Positions 27,473 to 38,512 of a DNA stretch of 64,000 bases are shown here, piece after piece; position 1 is the first letter of the stretch; every line of letters begins with the position of its first letter. The position numbers and the translations under genes are program-made. Where the stretch lies: assembly GCF_006345805.1 (NCBI RefSeq), contig NC_043012.1, positions 44,144,001 to 44,208,000 on the forward strand, given 5' to 3'. Under the pieces are notes generated by a model. It searched no databases. It saw nothing but the letters and a program-made list of their open reading frames with translations, and was not told the DNA's origin. Origin of the DNA: Octopus sinensis. Lineage: Eukaryota.

Positions 27473-28300
27473 TTACATAGAGAGTATTTTGCGTAGGATA
27501 TGAGCAGTTCCCATGAGCACTATCTTTTGAATTTCTGCCATTTTGGGGTTTCCTGGTATCTGAGTTAGGTAGCAATTAGTCCCTTTCGCTATCATTCCCG
27601 GGGCACCTATGACAACAGGTATTGTTTTAGGCTTCAGCTTCCACATTTTGCTGATTTCTATTTCAAGATCTTTATATTTGCTCAGTTTTTGGTAGGTCCT
27701 GACAGATACGTTTATATCGATTGGGACAGTCATATCAATGAGGAGGCATGTTCTTTGTCTGAAGTCTTTCAATATGATGTCTGGCCTATTTGCATCTGTC
27801 TTCCTGTCAGTTTGAATGGTGAAGTTCCAGAGGAGTGAGATGTGGTCATTTTCAAGCACTGGAGGTAGATTGTGTTCCCACCAGTTTTTTTCATGGGGCA
27901 AATCCATGTTTTTGCAAATTACCCAGTGAATATATTGTGCAGCTCTATCATGCCTGTTGAGGTACTCTGTAGGCGCTAGAAGACTGCATTTGGAGACAAC
28001 ATGATCAATGGTTTCATTTTGTTGTCGGCATACACGACATGTTGGGCTACTGCCGTTCTTTAATATGTTGGCCTGGTAGTTTCTTGTTGGTAGGCATTGA
28101 TTTTGAGCTGCTATGATAAACCCCTCTGTTTCAGATTTTAAGCCAGAGGCCATTAGCCATTGATGGGTCAGGGCTTTGTCAATATCTGCATTATTCGCTC
28201 TCTTTGGGTATTTGCCATAGAGAGGTTTTTCTTGCCATTTATTATTCAGAATATCTAAGGCCGCAGTTTTGGCACGGGTTTTCATGCGCTTAGCTTTTTC
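27473..28300 (-). CDS. R4/Dong ORF C-terminal segment: CCHC knuckle and restriction-like endonuclease
   Basis: CRVCRQQNETIDHVVSKC, RHD, NRPDIILKD...LLIDMTVP...KYKDL. Confidence 0.9.
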   Translation of the reverse strand, partial: EKAKRMKTRAKTAALDILNNKWQEKPLYGKYPKRANNADIDKALTHQWLMASGLKSETEGFIIAAQNQCLPTRNYQANILKNGSSPTCRVCRQQNETIDHVVSKCSLLAPTEYLNRHDRAAQYIHWVICKNMDLPHEKNWWEHNLPPVLENDHISLLWNFTIQTDRKTDANRPDIILKDFRQRTCLLIDMTVPIDINVSVRTYQKLSKYKDLEIEISKMWKLKPKTIPVVIGAPGMIAKGTNCYLTQIPGNPKMAEIQKIVLMGTAHILRKILSM

Positions 28301-28980
28301 TGTGCTTGTTTCTTGTATTCCGAAATTTGTTGTATTCGGAATTCACTTAGATATTCCTTTGCCTGTTTTGTGACTGAGTATGATGCTTTCTTGTTTTCAT
28401 GTTTTGAGACAAGTTTTAACATCCAGTCCTCAGAGTTTTTCAGGTAGGTGTCTAGGCCAATTGTAGCAATCTTCATTGTTATTGCCAGTTGTAAAAGACC
28501 ACGGCCTCCCTCTTTTCTTGGCAGATAGAGTCGTTCTGTATCTGCCTTAGGGTGATGCATTCTATGCATTGTCAACATTTTCCTTATTTTTCTGTCGAGC
28601 TGACATATTTCAGTAATTGACCAGTTAACAATATTGAAACTGTAAGTCACGACTGGTATAGCTAATGCATTGATCGCTTCGATCCTGTTTCTTGCATTCA
28701 GCTCTGTCTTGAGTATTGCTCTCACTCTTCGATAGCATTCTCTCCTGATCCTTTCCCTCATCTCTGAATGCCTTATTCCGTTCCCTTCAATTACCCCTAG
28801 GTACTTGTAGCTCTCCGCTGGGTCTAGTTCTTTTATGACATTCTGCTGGTCAAGGTTAACGTTAGATGTTTCTGTCATTTTTCCTTTGATAAAGGTAGCT
28901 TTTGCACATTTATCGAGGCCGAATTGCATTCTGATGTCGTCACTGAATTGTTTGACTATCGCTAGTAAGCCCTTGAGTTG
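28282..28980 (-). CDS. R4/Dong ORF middle segment (RT C-terminus/thumb), frameshifted
   Basis: FGLDKCAK, YKYLGV, LYLPRKEGGRGL; restores LKLFAKNDQQL if the A-run after YMDD is corrected. Confidence 0.88.
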   Translation of the reverse strand, partial: QLKGLLAIVKQFSDDIRMQFGLDKCAKATFIKGKMTETSNVNLDQQNVIKELDPAESYKYLGVIEGNGIRHSEMRERIRRECYRRVRAILKTELNARNRIEAINALAIPVVTYSFNIVNWSITEICQLDRKIRKMLTMHRMHHPKADTERLYLPRKEGGRGLLQLAITMKIATIGLDTYLKNSEDWMLKLVSKHENKKASYSVTKQAKEYLSEFRIQQISEYKKQAQKKLSA

Positions 28981-31280
28981 TTGGTCATTTTTTGCAAAAA
29001 GCTTTTTAAATCATCCATGTAAATGAGATGATTTATATTTTTATCAAACATTTTATACCCATACTGCGCATCATTGAGCAGCTTTGAGAGAGGTATTAAG
29101 GATAAACAAAAGAGGAGTGGTGACAGTGAGTCACCCTGGAAAATGCCACACGAAATTTTTACATCACCAGCATTTAGGGATTCATTGTCACTGTTCAGAG
29201 TTAGTGTGATTCTCCATGATCTCATACTTACAGTCAAGAAGTTTCGCAGAGTAGGTGCTATCTTATACATTTCCAGGCATTTCCTAATCCAGCTATGTGG
29301 TAGGCTATCAAAAGCCTTTTTATAGTCTATCCAGGCTATTGATAAGTTTTTGTGTCGTTTGTGACAATCTTCTAAGATCATCTTATTGATGAGTAGTTGG
29401 TCTTTACAGCCGTAGGATCCACGTTTACATCCTTTCTGTTCATTAGGGAATATGCTGTTGTCTGTTAAAAAACTATAGGTATATTCCGTCAGGACAGATG
29501 TTAGCGTTTTGTACATAGTTGTTAAGCAGGTTATGGGTCTATAGTTTTTTGGTTCATTTGTTTCTTCACTTTTTGGAAGCAGGAATGTTAACCCATTAAC
29601 TAGCCAAGGAGGCATCCTACTAGGGTGTTGCAAAACATCATTGTACAGTTCTGTTAGCAGTTCATGGCTCTCTGGGAAGGCATTCAGCCAGAAGTTAGGA
29701 ATTTTATCCCTTCCTGGAGACTTCCATTTGCTTGACCTCCTGAGAGCAGATCTTATATCCTCTACCTTGACACCCTCCCACTTTTGCTCTTCTAAGGGGT
29801 CCAGTTCTGTAGATATTCTGTCAATCCAGGGGGCCTTTTCGTTGTGTGTTTTTTCTTCTGCCCAGATTTTATTCCAAAATCCCTGCACTTCTTCTTTTGA
29901 TGGTACAGACCTTGCAGTAAACGCTGTTTTTCCTATCTTCCTGTAAAAATTCTTGGTGTTATTTTTGAACATGTTGTTGTCCTTGAAAAATCTAACACGC
30001 TTTTCATACCTCGCTATGCGAGCAGCTTTGGCAGATACCTTTTGTTTGATGGTTTCTATGGTGGCATCAATATCAAGTATAGTTTTCATATTGTATTTTT
30101 TCAGTAATTTTTGGGTTTTTGTAGGTTTGGTAGTCTTGTGAGCCTTAAGGTTTTTCAAATATTCAATGTCAGATCTAAATATTTTAATTTGTTGTTGCAG
30201 ACGCTCTTGCCAAGAAGGCTTTTTGTGGGAATGTTGCCGTTTTCTAATCTTCACACCACATAGGATCGTTGAGATTTTCGCGGATGCATAGTATAGGTGG
30301 TTGAGGTTTGTGATATCAACATCATTAGCTGAAATTATATCCTTAAGTACAAGCCGGATTTTACCAATTATTTTCATGTTTTGGTTAGAGTTGCGGATTT
30401 TAGGAAGTGTATCACGTTCATCCATGCTGGTTTCTTTAATTTTCAGCCATTCAATCATGATTTGATTTTTTAGCACATGTAGTTCTGTTGGGTCAATATT
30501 TGTGTGACTTTCTTTATCTATTTGATGCTCATCTGTCTTAGTGTTTATGATTGGTTCAGGGAGTATTTCACTTTGCCTATCACTTATACTAACTCTTTCA
30601 ATCCTCACTTCGTTTTTATCAGCCCTGGGCTGGTCTATAATTATTTCCTCTGTATTATCTTCTCTAGCTGCAGCTTCGTTCATTTTATCCGATATTGCTT
30701 GTCTAACTTGATCAATCTCTACTTCAGTCAGTAATTTCTTTTTTATAATGTTTCTTCCGACGTTGGCAAGTTTGTTACTGTCTATGTAGGGTCTTACTTT
30801 AGGGTGTTTCTGTCTCCAGTTTAAGTATGCTTGTACAGTATTAGATTTATCTGTGGGGAAATATATGGCATGGTAGAAGGCCTCAAGAACTTCTTTATTA
30901 TCTTCCCTAGACCATTTTTCCTTCTTTTTCTTTTGATTATTTGGTGATGAGCATGGATGGTCATCTGTTGGAATATTCCGGTTGTGGGGTACGTCCAGCT
31001 CCTGTGTCTTGGGAAGATTTGATCCAGTAGCTGATTTTTCAATCAGAATTTGGTTCAATTTTCGGGTACGTGGTCTTTTATAATCCGCGCAATGACCAAT
31101 GCGGTTTATTGTTTGATTTGTTGGCCATGAAGCATGACGAGCTTCCATTCTTATATTAGGAGATGGATCTGTCAGTTTAGGGTTCACTACATGTAAGCAT
31201 TGCTCATAGCGCCGCTTCTTAAGACTAGCAGATCTATATTCGTCTGTATTTTTTTTGTTGATAGTTTTATCTCCGAACAT
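28962..31280 (-). CDS. R4/Dong ORF, N-terminal region plus reverse transcriptase (772 aa to frameshift)
   Basis: NYRPITCL, EQKGCKRGSYGCKDQL, WIDYKKAFDS, GIFQGDSLSPLLF and YMDD RT motifs; start ATG conserved in copy 2 (45223-45225). Confidence 0.92.
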   Translation of the reverse strand: MFGDKTINKKNTDEYRSASLKKRRYEQCLHVVNPKLTDPSPNIRMEARHASWPTNQTINRIGHCADYKRPRTRKLNQILIEKSATGSNLPKTQELDVPHNRNIPTDDHPCSSPNNQKKKKEKWSREDNKEVLEAFYHAIYFPTDKSNTVQAYLNWRQKHPKVRPYIDSNKLANVGRNIIKKKLLTEVEIDQVRQAISDKMNEAAAREDNTEEIIIDQPRADKNEVRIERVSISDRQSEILPEPIINTKTDEHQIDKESHTNIDPTELHVLKNQIMIEWLKIKETSMDERDTLPKIRNSNQNMKIIGKIRLVLKDIISANDVDITNLNHLYYASAKISTILCGVKIRKRQHSHKKPSWQERLQQQIKIFRSDIEYLKNLKAHKTTKPTKTQKLLKKYNMKTILDIDATIETIKQKVSAKAARIARYEKRVRFFKDNNMFKNNTKNFYRKIGKTAFTARSVPSKEEVQGFWNKIWAEEKTHNEKAPWIDRISTELDPLEEQKWEGVKVEDIRSALRRSSKWKSPGRDKIPNFWLNAFPESHELLTELYNDVLQHPSRMPPWLVNGLTFLLPKSEETNEPKNYRPITCLTTMYKTLTSVLTEYTYSFLTDNSIFPNEQKGCKRGSYGCKDQLLINKMILEDCHKRHKNLSIAWIDYKKAFDSLPHSWIRKCLEMYKIAPTLRNFLTVSMRSWRITLTLNSDNESLNAGDVKISCGIFQGDSLSPLLFCLSLIPLSKLLNDAQYGYKMFDKNINHLIYMDDLKSFLQKMTNNSRAY

Positions 31281-31519
31281 TTTTTTTTTTTTTCATTTTT
31301 TTTCTCCTCTTCCTTTCTTCAAGGCTCACTCTGCCTGTATTAGTTCGAAATAATGAGAATAAAATACGGAGAAGGAAAAGAAAAAAAAGGGAAAAAGACG
31401 GGATCTGTCAGTTATTATTGTTATTACTATCACCTTCACCACCATCACCATCATCAGCAACATCACCATCACCATCATCAGCAACATCATCATCACCATC
31501 ATCATCATCAATGACATTG

Positions 31520-31586
<67 letters not shown>

Positions 31587-31590
31587 GTTG

Positions 31591-31650
<60 letters not shown>

Positions 31651-31867
31651 GGCGGCGAGCTAGCAGAACTGTTCGTACGCCGGACGAAATACTAAGTGGT
31701 GTTTCGCTTGTCTTTATGCTCTGAGTTCAAATTCAGCCGAGGTCGACTTTGCCCTTCATCCATTCTGGGTCGTTAAATTAAGTACCAGTTGTGTACTGGG
31801 GTCGATCTAATCAACTGGCCCCCAACTCCCCCAAAATTTCGGGCCTTGTGCCTAGAGTAGAAAAGAT
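31651..31867 (+). mobile_element. SINE family S2
   Basis: Full S2 homology, directly after (ATT)n. Confidence 0.9.
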
Positions 31868-31966
31868 TACTATTATTATTAAATGAATGAATGTATATAT
31901 GTATATATGTCACACAAACATACACACACAAACAAGTTTTCTGTGTTCCATGTTCACTAAATTGGT

Positions 31967-32030
<64 letters not shown>

Positions 32031-32033
<3 letters not shown>

Positions 32034-32598
32034 ACACACACATGACAGAAGTTAATAGACACCCTTATTTCTTTAAATCTGAAATTATGCATTCAAGTTA
32101 TTTATTAATTGTTATAATGTGGATATTTAATATTTAATAGACATGCCCTTTGCATTTTTCAACGCTAGAACCCTATTAGACATGTTACTGATCAGATGAC
32201 GAATATTCTCTTGAGGAATTTCTTGCCAAGTTTCATGCAGTAATATCAAAAGATCTGGCTTTGAAGATACTTTCTTATTCTTTTTATAAAGTGTCTCATC
32301 CACTCCACCAGCTCTGATCAACCATTGCTGTTTCATTGTTGGTTGCAATCTTTTTACATCAAATTCTTGATCACGGAGTCTCCAGACCCACACTCGACCA
32401 CTGTCAGGAAATACAGCAAAATATGATAGCGTCCCGAAATGCTAATGGCCTCTCTACTATCTCACTGGTCCGATCTTTTCTCTGCTTGATGCTGGCTGGT
32501 CGAAGAAGTGGCTTCTTTCTTGCTTCTCTGCCATAGTAACCAAGTTTGGAATAAAAGGATGTTTTATGGGGTGTCTATTCACTTCTGTCGTGTTTGTG
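32031..32598 (-). mobile_element. Internally deleted Tc1-like transposon, copy 1
   Basis: Imperfect TIRs of about 33 bp (CAC..GACAGAAGT.AATAGACACCC) flanked by TA; residual GRVWVWRL..EFD..LQPT and ETWQEIPQENIRHLISNMSNRVLALKNAKGMSIKY (Tc1 C-terminus). Confidence 0.82.
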
Positions 32599-32630
32599 TA
32601 TACACACAACGTGTGTGTGTGTGCGTATAT

Positions 32631-32681
<51 letters not shown>

Positions 32682-32701
32682 CACACACACACACACACAT
32701 A

Positions 32702-33269
32702 CACACACACACATGACAGAAGTTAATAGACACCCTTATTTCTTTAAATCTGAAATTATGCATTCAAGTTATTTATTAATTGTTATAATGTGGATATTTA
32801 ATATTTAATAGACATGCCCTTTGCATTTTTCAACGCTAGAACCCTATTAGACATGTTACTGATCAGATGACGAATATTCTCTTGAGGAATTTCTTGCCAA
32901 GTTTCATGCAGTAATATCAAAAGATCTGGCTTTGAAGATACTTTCTTATTCTTTTTATAAAGTGTCTCATCCACTCCACCAGCTCTGATCAACCATTGCT
33001 GTTTCATTGTTGGTTGCAATCTTTTTACATCAAATTCTTGATCACGGAGTCTCCAGACCCACACTCGACCACTGTCAGGAAATACAGCAAAATATGATAG
33101 CGTCCCGAAATGCTAATGGCCTCTCTACTATCTCACTGGTCCGATCTTTTCTCTGCTTGATGCTGGCTGGTCGAAGAAGTGGCTTCTTTCTTGCTTCTCT
33201 GCCATAGTAACCAAGTTTGGAATAAAAGGATGTTTTATGGGGTGTCTATTCACTTCTGTCGTGTTTGTG
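32702..33269 (-). mobile_element. Internally deleted Tc1-like transposon, copy 2 (tandem duplicate, offset 671 bp)
   Basis: Appears identical to copy 1, including the right flank. Confidence 0.82.
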
Positions 33270-33296
33270 TATACACACAACGTGTGTGTGTGTGCG

Positions 33297-33334
<38 letters not shown>

Positions 33335-34689
33335 ATATATGTATGTATATCTTTTATCTTTTTTTTTTGCTTCAGCCATTGGACTGTGGCCATACTGGGG
33401 CACATCTTTGAAGGCCTTAATCGAGCAAATCGACTCCAGTACTTTATAAACGCATACAGAAACCCCTTGTTATTCAGAACAAAGTTATCACTGAGCAAGA
33501 AGACTTACGATGAAAGACTTATTCATGTGTTTAATGGACTGTAGTCCATTATATCTTTGTGCATTTACACGGTATTGTGTGAGACGATGGAAATTTGGTT
33601 ACTCTTTCTAGCAAGCTGAACACTGAAAATAGCTGGGTGTTAGAAAACCGTCGCTCTCGGACAAAATTCACTTCACATTCAAATCTGAATGTCCTGAAAT
33701 GCCGAATAACCTATTCGAAGAAAAAAACATTTGAAAAATCTCATACTTTAAAATAAAGTTACATATCTATAAATTAGTGAGATTATTTTTGTAAACATAG
33801 ACTAACTGACATAGTCTCACATGCGCTTATAATTAGCCCCTGTACTAAAAAGTTTCCCGGTGTTGCAGAAGTGGTCTTCAACTTGGAGCCTAAATTACCT
33901 AGTGGCCTCGGCTCTGCCCCTTGTTTTAGATTAGTTCTGTATGACTTGCTGATTCAGCACGTAACTCTAAATTATATATTTCAGGGTAGGGTTATAGGCG
34001 ACTTACAATATGGTCGTTAATATACATAAAAAAGCTCTACCCTTGATGTTTGTATCTGAAAATCAATAATATATTTTATGATCTTATATCTTTTTTACAT
34101 TCGAGTATACTACTACGCTCTAATTTTGACACTGCTATTTTGTATTAAAGTATTTTTCATTATACGTGTGTAAATACGACGTTTATATGACGAGTACAAA
34201 TATTATGAATCTCGGATTTTCAATGATTTTCAACCACTTGCGACCCACATAGGATAAGGTGATAAAAGTGCTACAACACACTATCAACATTTTAAAAGCT
34301 TAGACATAAAAAATTCAATTGTTTTAAAACAGAAATGGATGCACATTTTACATATTGATTGCATCAGTATGCTACATTAAAAACAATCAAGTTTTCTAAA
34401 TATCCTGGTATTTTCCGACTGACCTGTAGAACAACACACCTGCAGATATTAAGCAATACAGGAGTTAAAGGTGCCTAATTGAAAGCAAAACCAATCTTAG
34501 TGGCATTTCAACTTCGAACATAAAAAACAATGTAAATTAAAAAATACATTTAAAAAAATTAATCAATACTATAGAAAGAATGAATTTGATTGAATTGATA
34601 GCAGAATATTAGTAATACTTTTTTCGACTATAACAGGATTTGAACTCATGTCAACCCCCCCCCAGCGAAATATAATGCACTAGCACTCT

Positions 34690-34718
34690 GACCCGGCAAC
34701 GCTGGGTCATACTGCTAG
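34690..34718 (+). mobile_element. Helitron 3' terminus
   Basis: GACCCGGC-AAC-GCTGGGTC hairpin followed by ATACTG-CTAG then T. Confidence 0.7.
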
Positions 34719-34759
34719 TGCATGCATATACAGCTGCATGCGTGCGCACATACACGCGA

Positions 34760-35046
34760 GTACTGTCCAATCTCCGACCAATCACATACAGCTAGCTGGC
34801 ATTCAATTGGCGTATCAAGTTTCGGGCATTTTGATTGGGTTTTGGATAGAAAATTCACAAAAAAGTCAATTCTATTGATTTTTTAATGGCTTTGCGGGGT
34901 GACTGGGGAAATGTAAAGAGGTGTACGATAACCCTCGGACGATTTTAAATGACCATAGAAAGTGCGAGCCCTCTAACTGAAAAATTGTGGATTTGTATAA
35001 AGGACACACACACACAGACAGACATTTTGCCGTTTATATATAGAGA
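34760..35046 (-). mobile_element. Non-autonomous Helitron 5' fragment
   Basis: Minus strand starts A|TCTCTATATATAAA, typical of a Helitron 5' end; the 3' boundary is uncertain. Confidence 0.5.
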
Positions 35047-35690
35047 TAACATCCTAATTAATCATTTTCACAAAGATCTGCAAGTTTAATTTGATAAATC
35101 TTGAGATGCAATTCTATATATTTTGGAATTTAATATTCATAAATAATTGGATACTTACAAATGTAAATGCATATTTTGCAATTTAATGGATATTTACAAA
35201 GTATCTTAAAGTGTTCTGAATTTTAATGAATACTTGGTAAAGTGAAATCATTTGTTTACACCCACACACTCATATACCGTTTACCTCACTTCTCCATCCC
35301 TGCTCTCTCCCTGTGAACTTGCGTCAGTGCATATGTTCAATTAAAATTATATTCTTTTCCACTCTAGACACAAGACCTGAAATTTTTGGAGAGGGAACAG
35401 TCGATTAGATCGCGGCGGAATTTGAACACAGAACGTAAAGTTAGTTTAAATAGAATTCTAACTTCTTACGTAGGAACTAAGATTCGGGTTAAACAGCACA
35501 GGAGATGATATAGTGACTATGAATAAGCGATTCAGGACGGTATTGATTTTAGTTGTCTTATGAAGGTTAGGGTTGTTGAGAGAATACAGCATTTAGTTTC
35601 GTCATTTTACATTCTGACCGTTAATTCTATTTATTTCCACATTACCTTTCATCCCTCGATAATTTCCTATATACCCTTCGAAGGAAAAAT

Positions 35691-36086
35691 TGGCGGCTGG
35701 GTGGTATGTAGGCAGCAACGTTAGCACGCCGGGCGAAATGCTTAGCGGTATTTCGTCTGCGTTACGTTGTGAGTTCAAATTCCGCCGAGGTCGACTTTGC
35801 CTTTCATCCTTTCGGGGTCGATAAATTAAGTACCAGTTACGCACTGTAATCGACTTAATACCTATGTCTGTCCTTGTTTGTCCCCTCTGTGTTTAGCCCC
35901 TTGTGGGTAATAAAGAAATAGGTATGTAGCTTGCTTACGAACCACATGGTTCCGGGTTCAGTCCCACTGCGTGACACCTTGGGCAAGTGTCTTCTACTAT
36001 AGCCTCGGTCCGACCAAAGCCTTGTGAGTGTATTTGGTAGACGGAAACTGAAAGAAGCCCGTCGTATATATGTGTGTGTGCGTGTG

Positions 36087-36136
<50 letters not shown>

Positions 36137-36373
36137 ATATTATATATATATATGTATGTATGTATGTGTTTGTGTGTCTGTAGTTGTCACCCCAACATTG
36201 CTTGACAACCGATGCTGGTGTGTTTACATCCCCGTAACTTAGCGGTTCGGCAAAAGAGACCGATAGAATAAGTACTAGGCTTCCAAAGAATAAGTCCTGG
36301 GGTCGATTTGCTCGACTAAAGGTGGTGCTCCAACATGGCCGCAGTCAAATGACTGAAACAAGTAAAAGAGTAA
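35691..36373 (+). mobile_element. S1 SINE with an S2 SINE nested in its head (35712-35920)
   Basis: GGTATGTAG duplicated at 35703-35711 and 35921-35929 around the S2 body; S1 resumes afterwards. Confidence 0.85.
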
Positions 36374-37007
36374 GTTAAATAATACAGTGACTACAATTCA
36401 CAAAGCTGTGTATAGTTTCACTTTATAAAGATGTAGATTGCGGCGACAAGAATCAAATGTATCTCTTATTATAAAAGGCAGATTTTATCTGCCTCCCTTT
36501 GTCTCTTATTATAAAAGGCAGATTTTATCTGCCTCCCTTTGTCTCTTATAGAAATCTACAATATAGGATTTCTTCAATTACAATTTACCTAGCATTTTTA
36601 AGAGTAGAATGCATCGGGTTTTGCCAGGTCCGGTTTTTAAAATTTCAACCCCAATTAAGCAAAATTTAGAGAAAACTGACATTGTGGTGTATATGTCAAA
36701 TGCTTTTCTTAGTTTGGGCTACAGCACACGCAAACGCACACACACAGTGTGCAACGAATAAAGTGAAACTAATTCACTGTGTGTGTGTTGACAGGTAGAC
36801 AATAGAATGCGATGGCGATGGCGATGTAATATTTGTTTCTGTCTATGACGCTGATAGATACATGAGTAAAATGTATGGGAAGCTAAGAGATAAGAGTGAG
36901 TGAAAATGTTCTTGGAAGAGAGTAAATAGCAAGAGAGTGATTTGAGGAAGACTTTACATTAAATAACCGTAGTGGCTTGTATATATATATATTATATATA
37001 TATATAT

Positions 37008-37050
<43 letters not shown>

Positions 37051-37878
37051 GTTTGTGTGTCTGTAGTTGTCACCCCAACATTGCTTGACAACCGATGCTG
37101 GTGTGTTTACATCCCCGTAACTTAGCGGTTCGGCAAAAGAGACCGATAGAATAAGTACTAGGCTTCCAAAGAATAAGTCCTGGGGTCGATTTGCTCGACT
37201 AAAGGTGGTGCTCCAACATGGCCGCAGTCAAATGACTGAAACAAGTAAAAGAGTAAGTTAAATAATACAGTGACTACAATTCACAAAGCTGTGTATAGTT
37301 TCACTTTATAAAGATGTAGATTGCGGCGACAAGAATCAAATGTATCTCTTATTATAAAAGGCAGATTTTATCTGCCTCCCTTTGTCTCTTATTATAAAAG
37401 GCAGATTTTATCTGCCTCCCTTTGTCTCTTATAGAAATCTACAATATAGGATTTCTTCAATTACAATTTACCTAGCATTTTTAAGAGTAGAATGCATCGG
37501 GTTTTGCCAGGTCCGGTTTTTAAAATTTCAACCCCAATTAAGCAAAATTTAGAGAAAACTGACATTGTGGTGTATATGTCAAATGCTTTTCTTAGTTTGG
37601 GCTACAGCACACGCAAACGCACACACACAGTGTGCAACGAATAAAGTGAAACTAATTCACTGTGTGTGTGTTGACAGGTAGACAATAGAATGCGATGGCG
37701 ATGGCGATGTAATATTTGTTTCTGTCTATGACGCTGATAGATACATGAGTAAAATGTATGGGAAGCTAAGAGATAAGAGTGAGTGAAAATGTTCTTGGAA
37801 GAGAGTAAATAGCAAGAGAGTGATTTGAGGAAGACTTTACATTAAATAACCGTAGTGGCTTGTATATATATATATATT
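36095..37878. repeat. Tandem duplication, unit about 883 bp
   Basis: 36241 region recurs at 37124; the copies look identical outside microsatellite length; boundaries lie in (TA)n. Confidence 0.92.
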
Positions 37879-37884
37879 ATAATA

Positions 37885-38150
37885 AGAGATACATACATAA
37901 GACAGTAAGGTGTGATTTTGAGGGAGATTTGGCTGCTATTTCTGCCATGTAGGGGTCTCCCTCATAGGCTCATACATACATATATACATAGATAAGACAG
38001 TAAGGTGTGATTTGGGGGAAATTTGGCTGCTATTTCTACCAGGTCTAGCTACCATGTAGAGGTCCCCCTCATTGGCTCATATATATATACATACATAAGA
38101 CAGTAAGGTGTGATTTGAGGGAGATTTGGCTGCTGTTTCTACCAGGTCTG
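37885..38150 (-). repeat. Three tandem copies (about 90-105 bp) of a short interspersed repeat end
   Basis: ATAAGACAGTAAGGTGTGATTT..GGAGATTTGGCTGCTATTTCT three times; a related motif lies near 14705. Confidence 0.85.
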
Positions 38151-38512
38151 TTACGCCTTCTCATGTAAACTCAAGCTTTCTCATGCCTTGAACATAAGAC
38201 CAAAGCAGAGAATGTATTCTTTTATTCTTCTGCTTTTTCCAGCCATTGGTCTGTGGCCATGCTGGGGCAATGCCTTGAAGAATTGTAGTTTAATGAATCA
38301 ACTCCAGTTTTATTTTTGTAAGCATTGTACTTATTCTATCTGTTTCCTTTGTCAAACCACTAGGTGACAGGGATGTAAACAAACCAACATTCGTTGTCAA
38401 GCAGTGGTGGAGGACAATCACAAACACAGACACGCACACACACACATACATGCATACACATATACACACATACATACATACATATATATATATATGTGTG
38501 TGTATATATATA

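Larger units (their letters stand above)
27236..31410 (-). mobile_element. R4/Dong-clade (restriction-like endonuclease) non-LTR retrotransposon, family A, near full length
   Basis: Single ORF in three frames with RT, CCHC and PD..D endonuclease; 3' UTR ends in (TAA)n at about 27235; TAA-like tract at the 5' junction. Confidence 0.93.

Noticed and set aside
37885-38150. Regularly spaced repeats resembling a CRISPR array (also the 40-bp unit at 36462)
   Set aside because: The units are tandem copies without unique spacers, there are no cas genes, and the context is eukaryotic.
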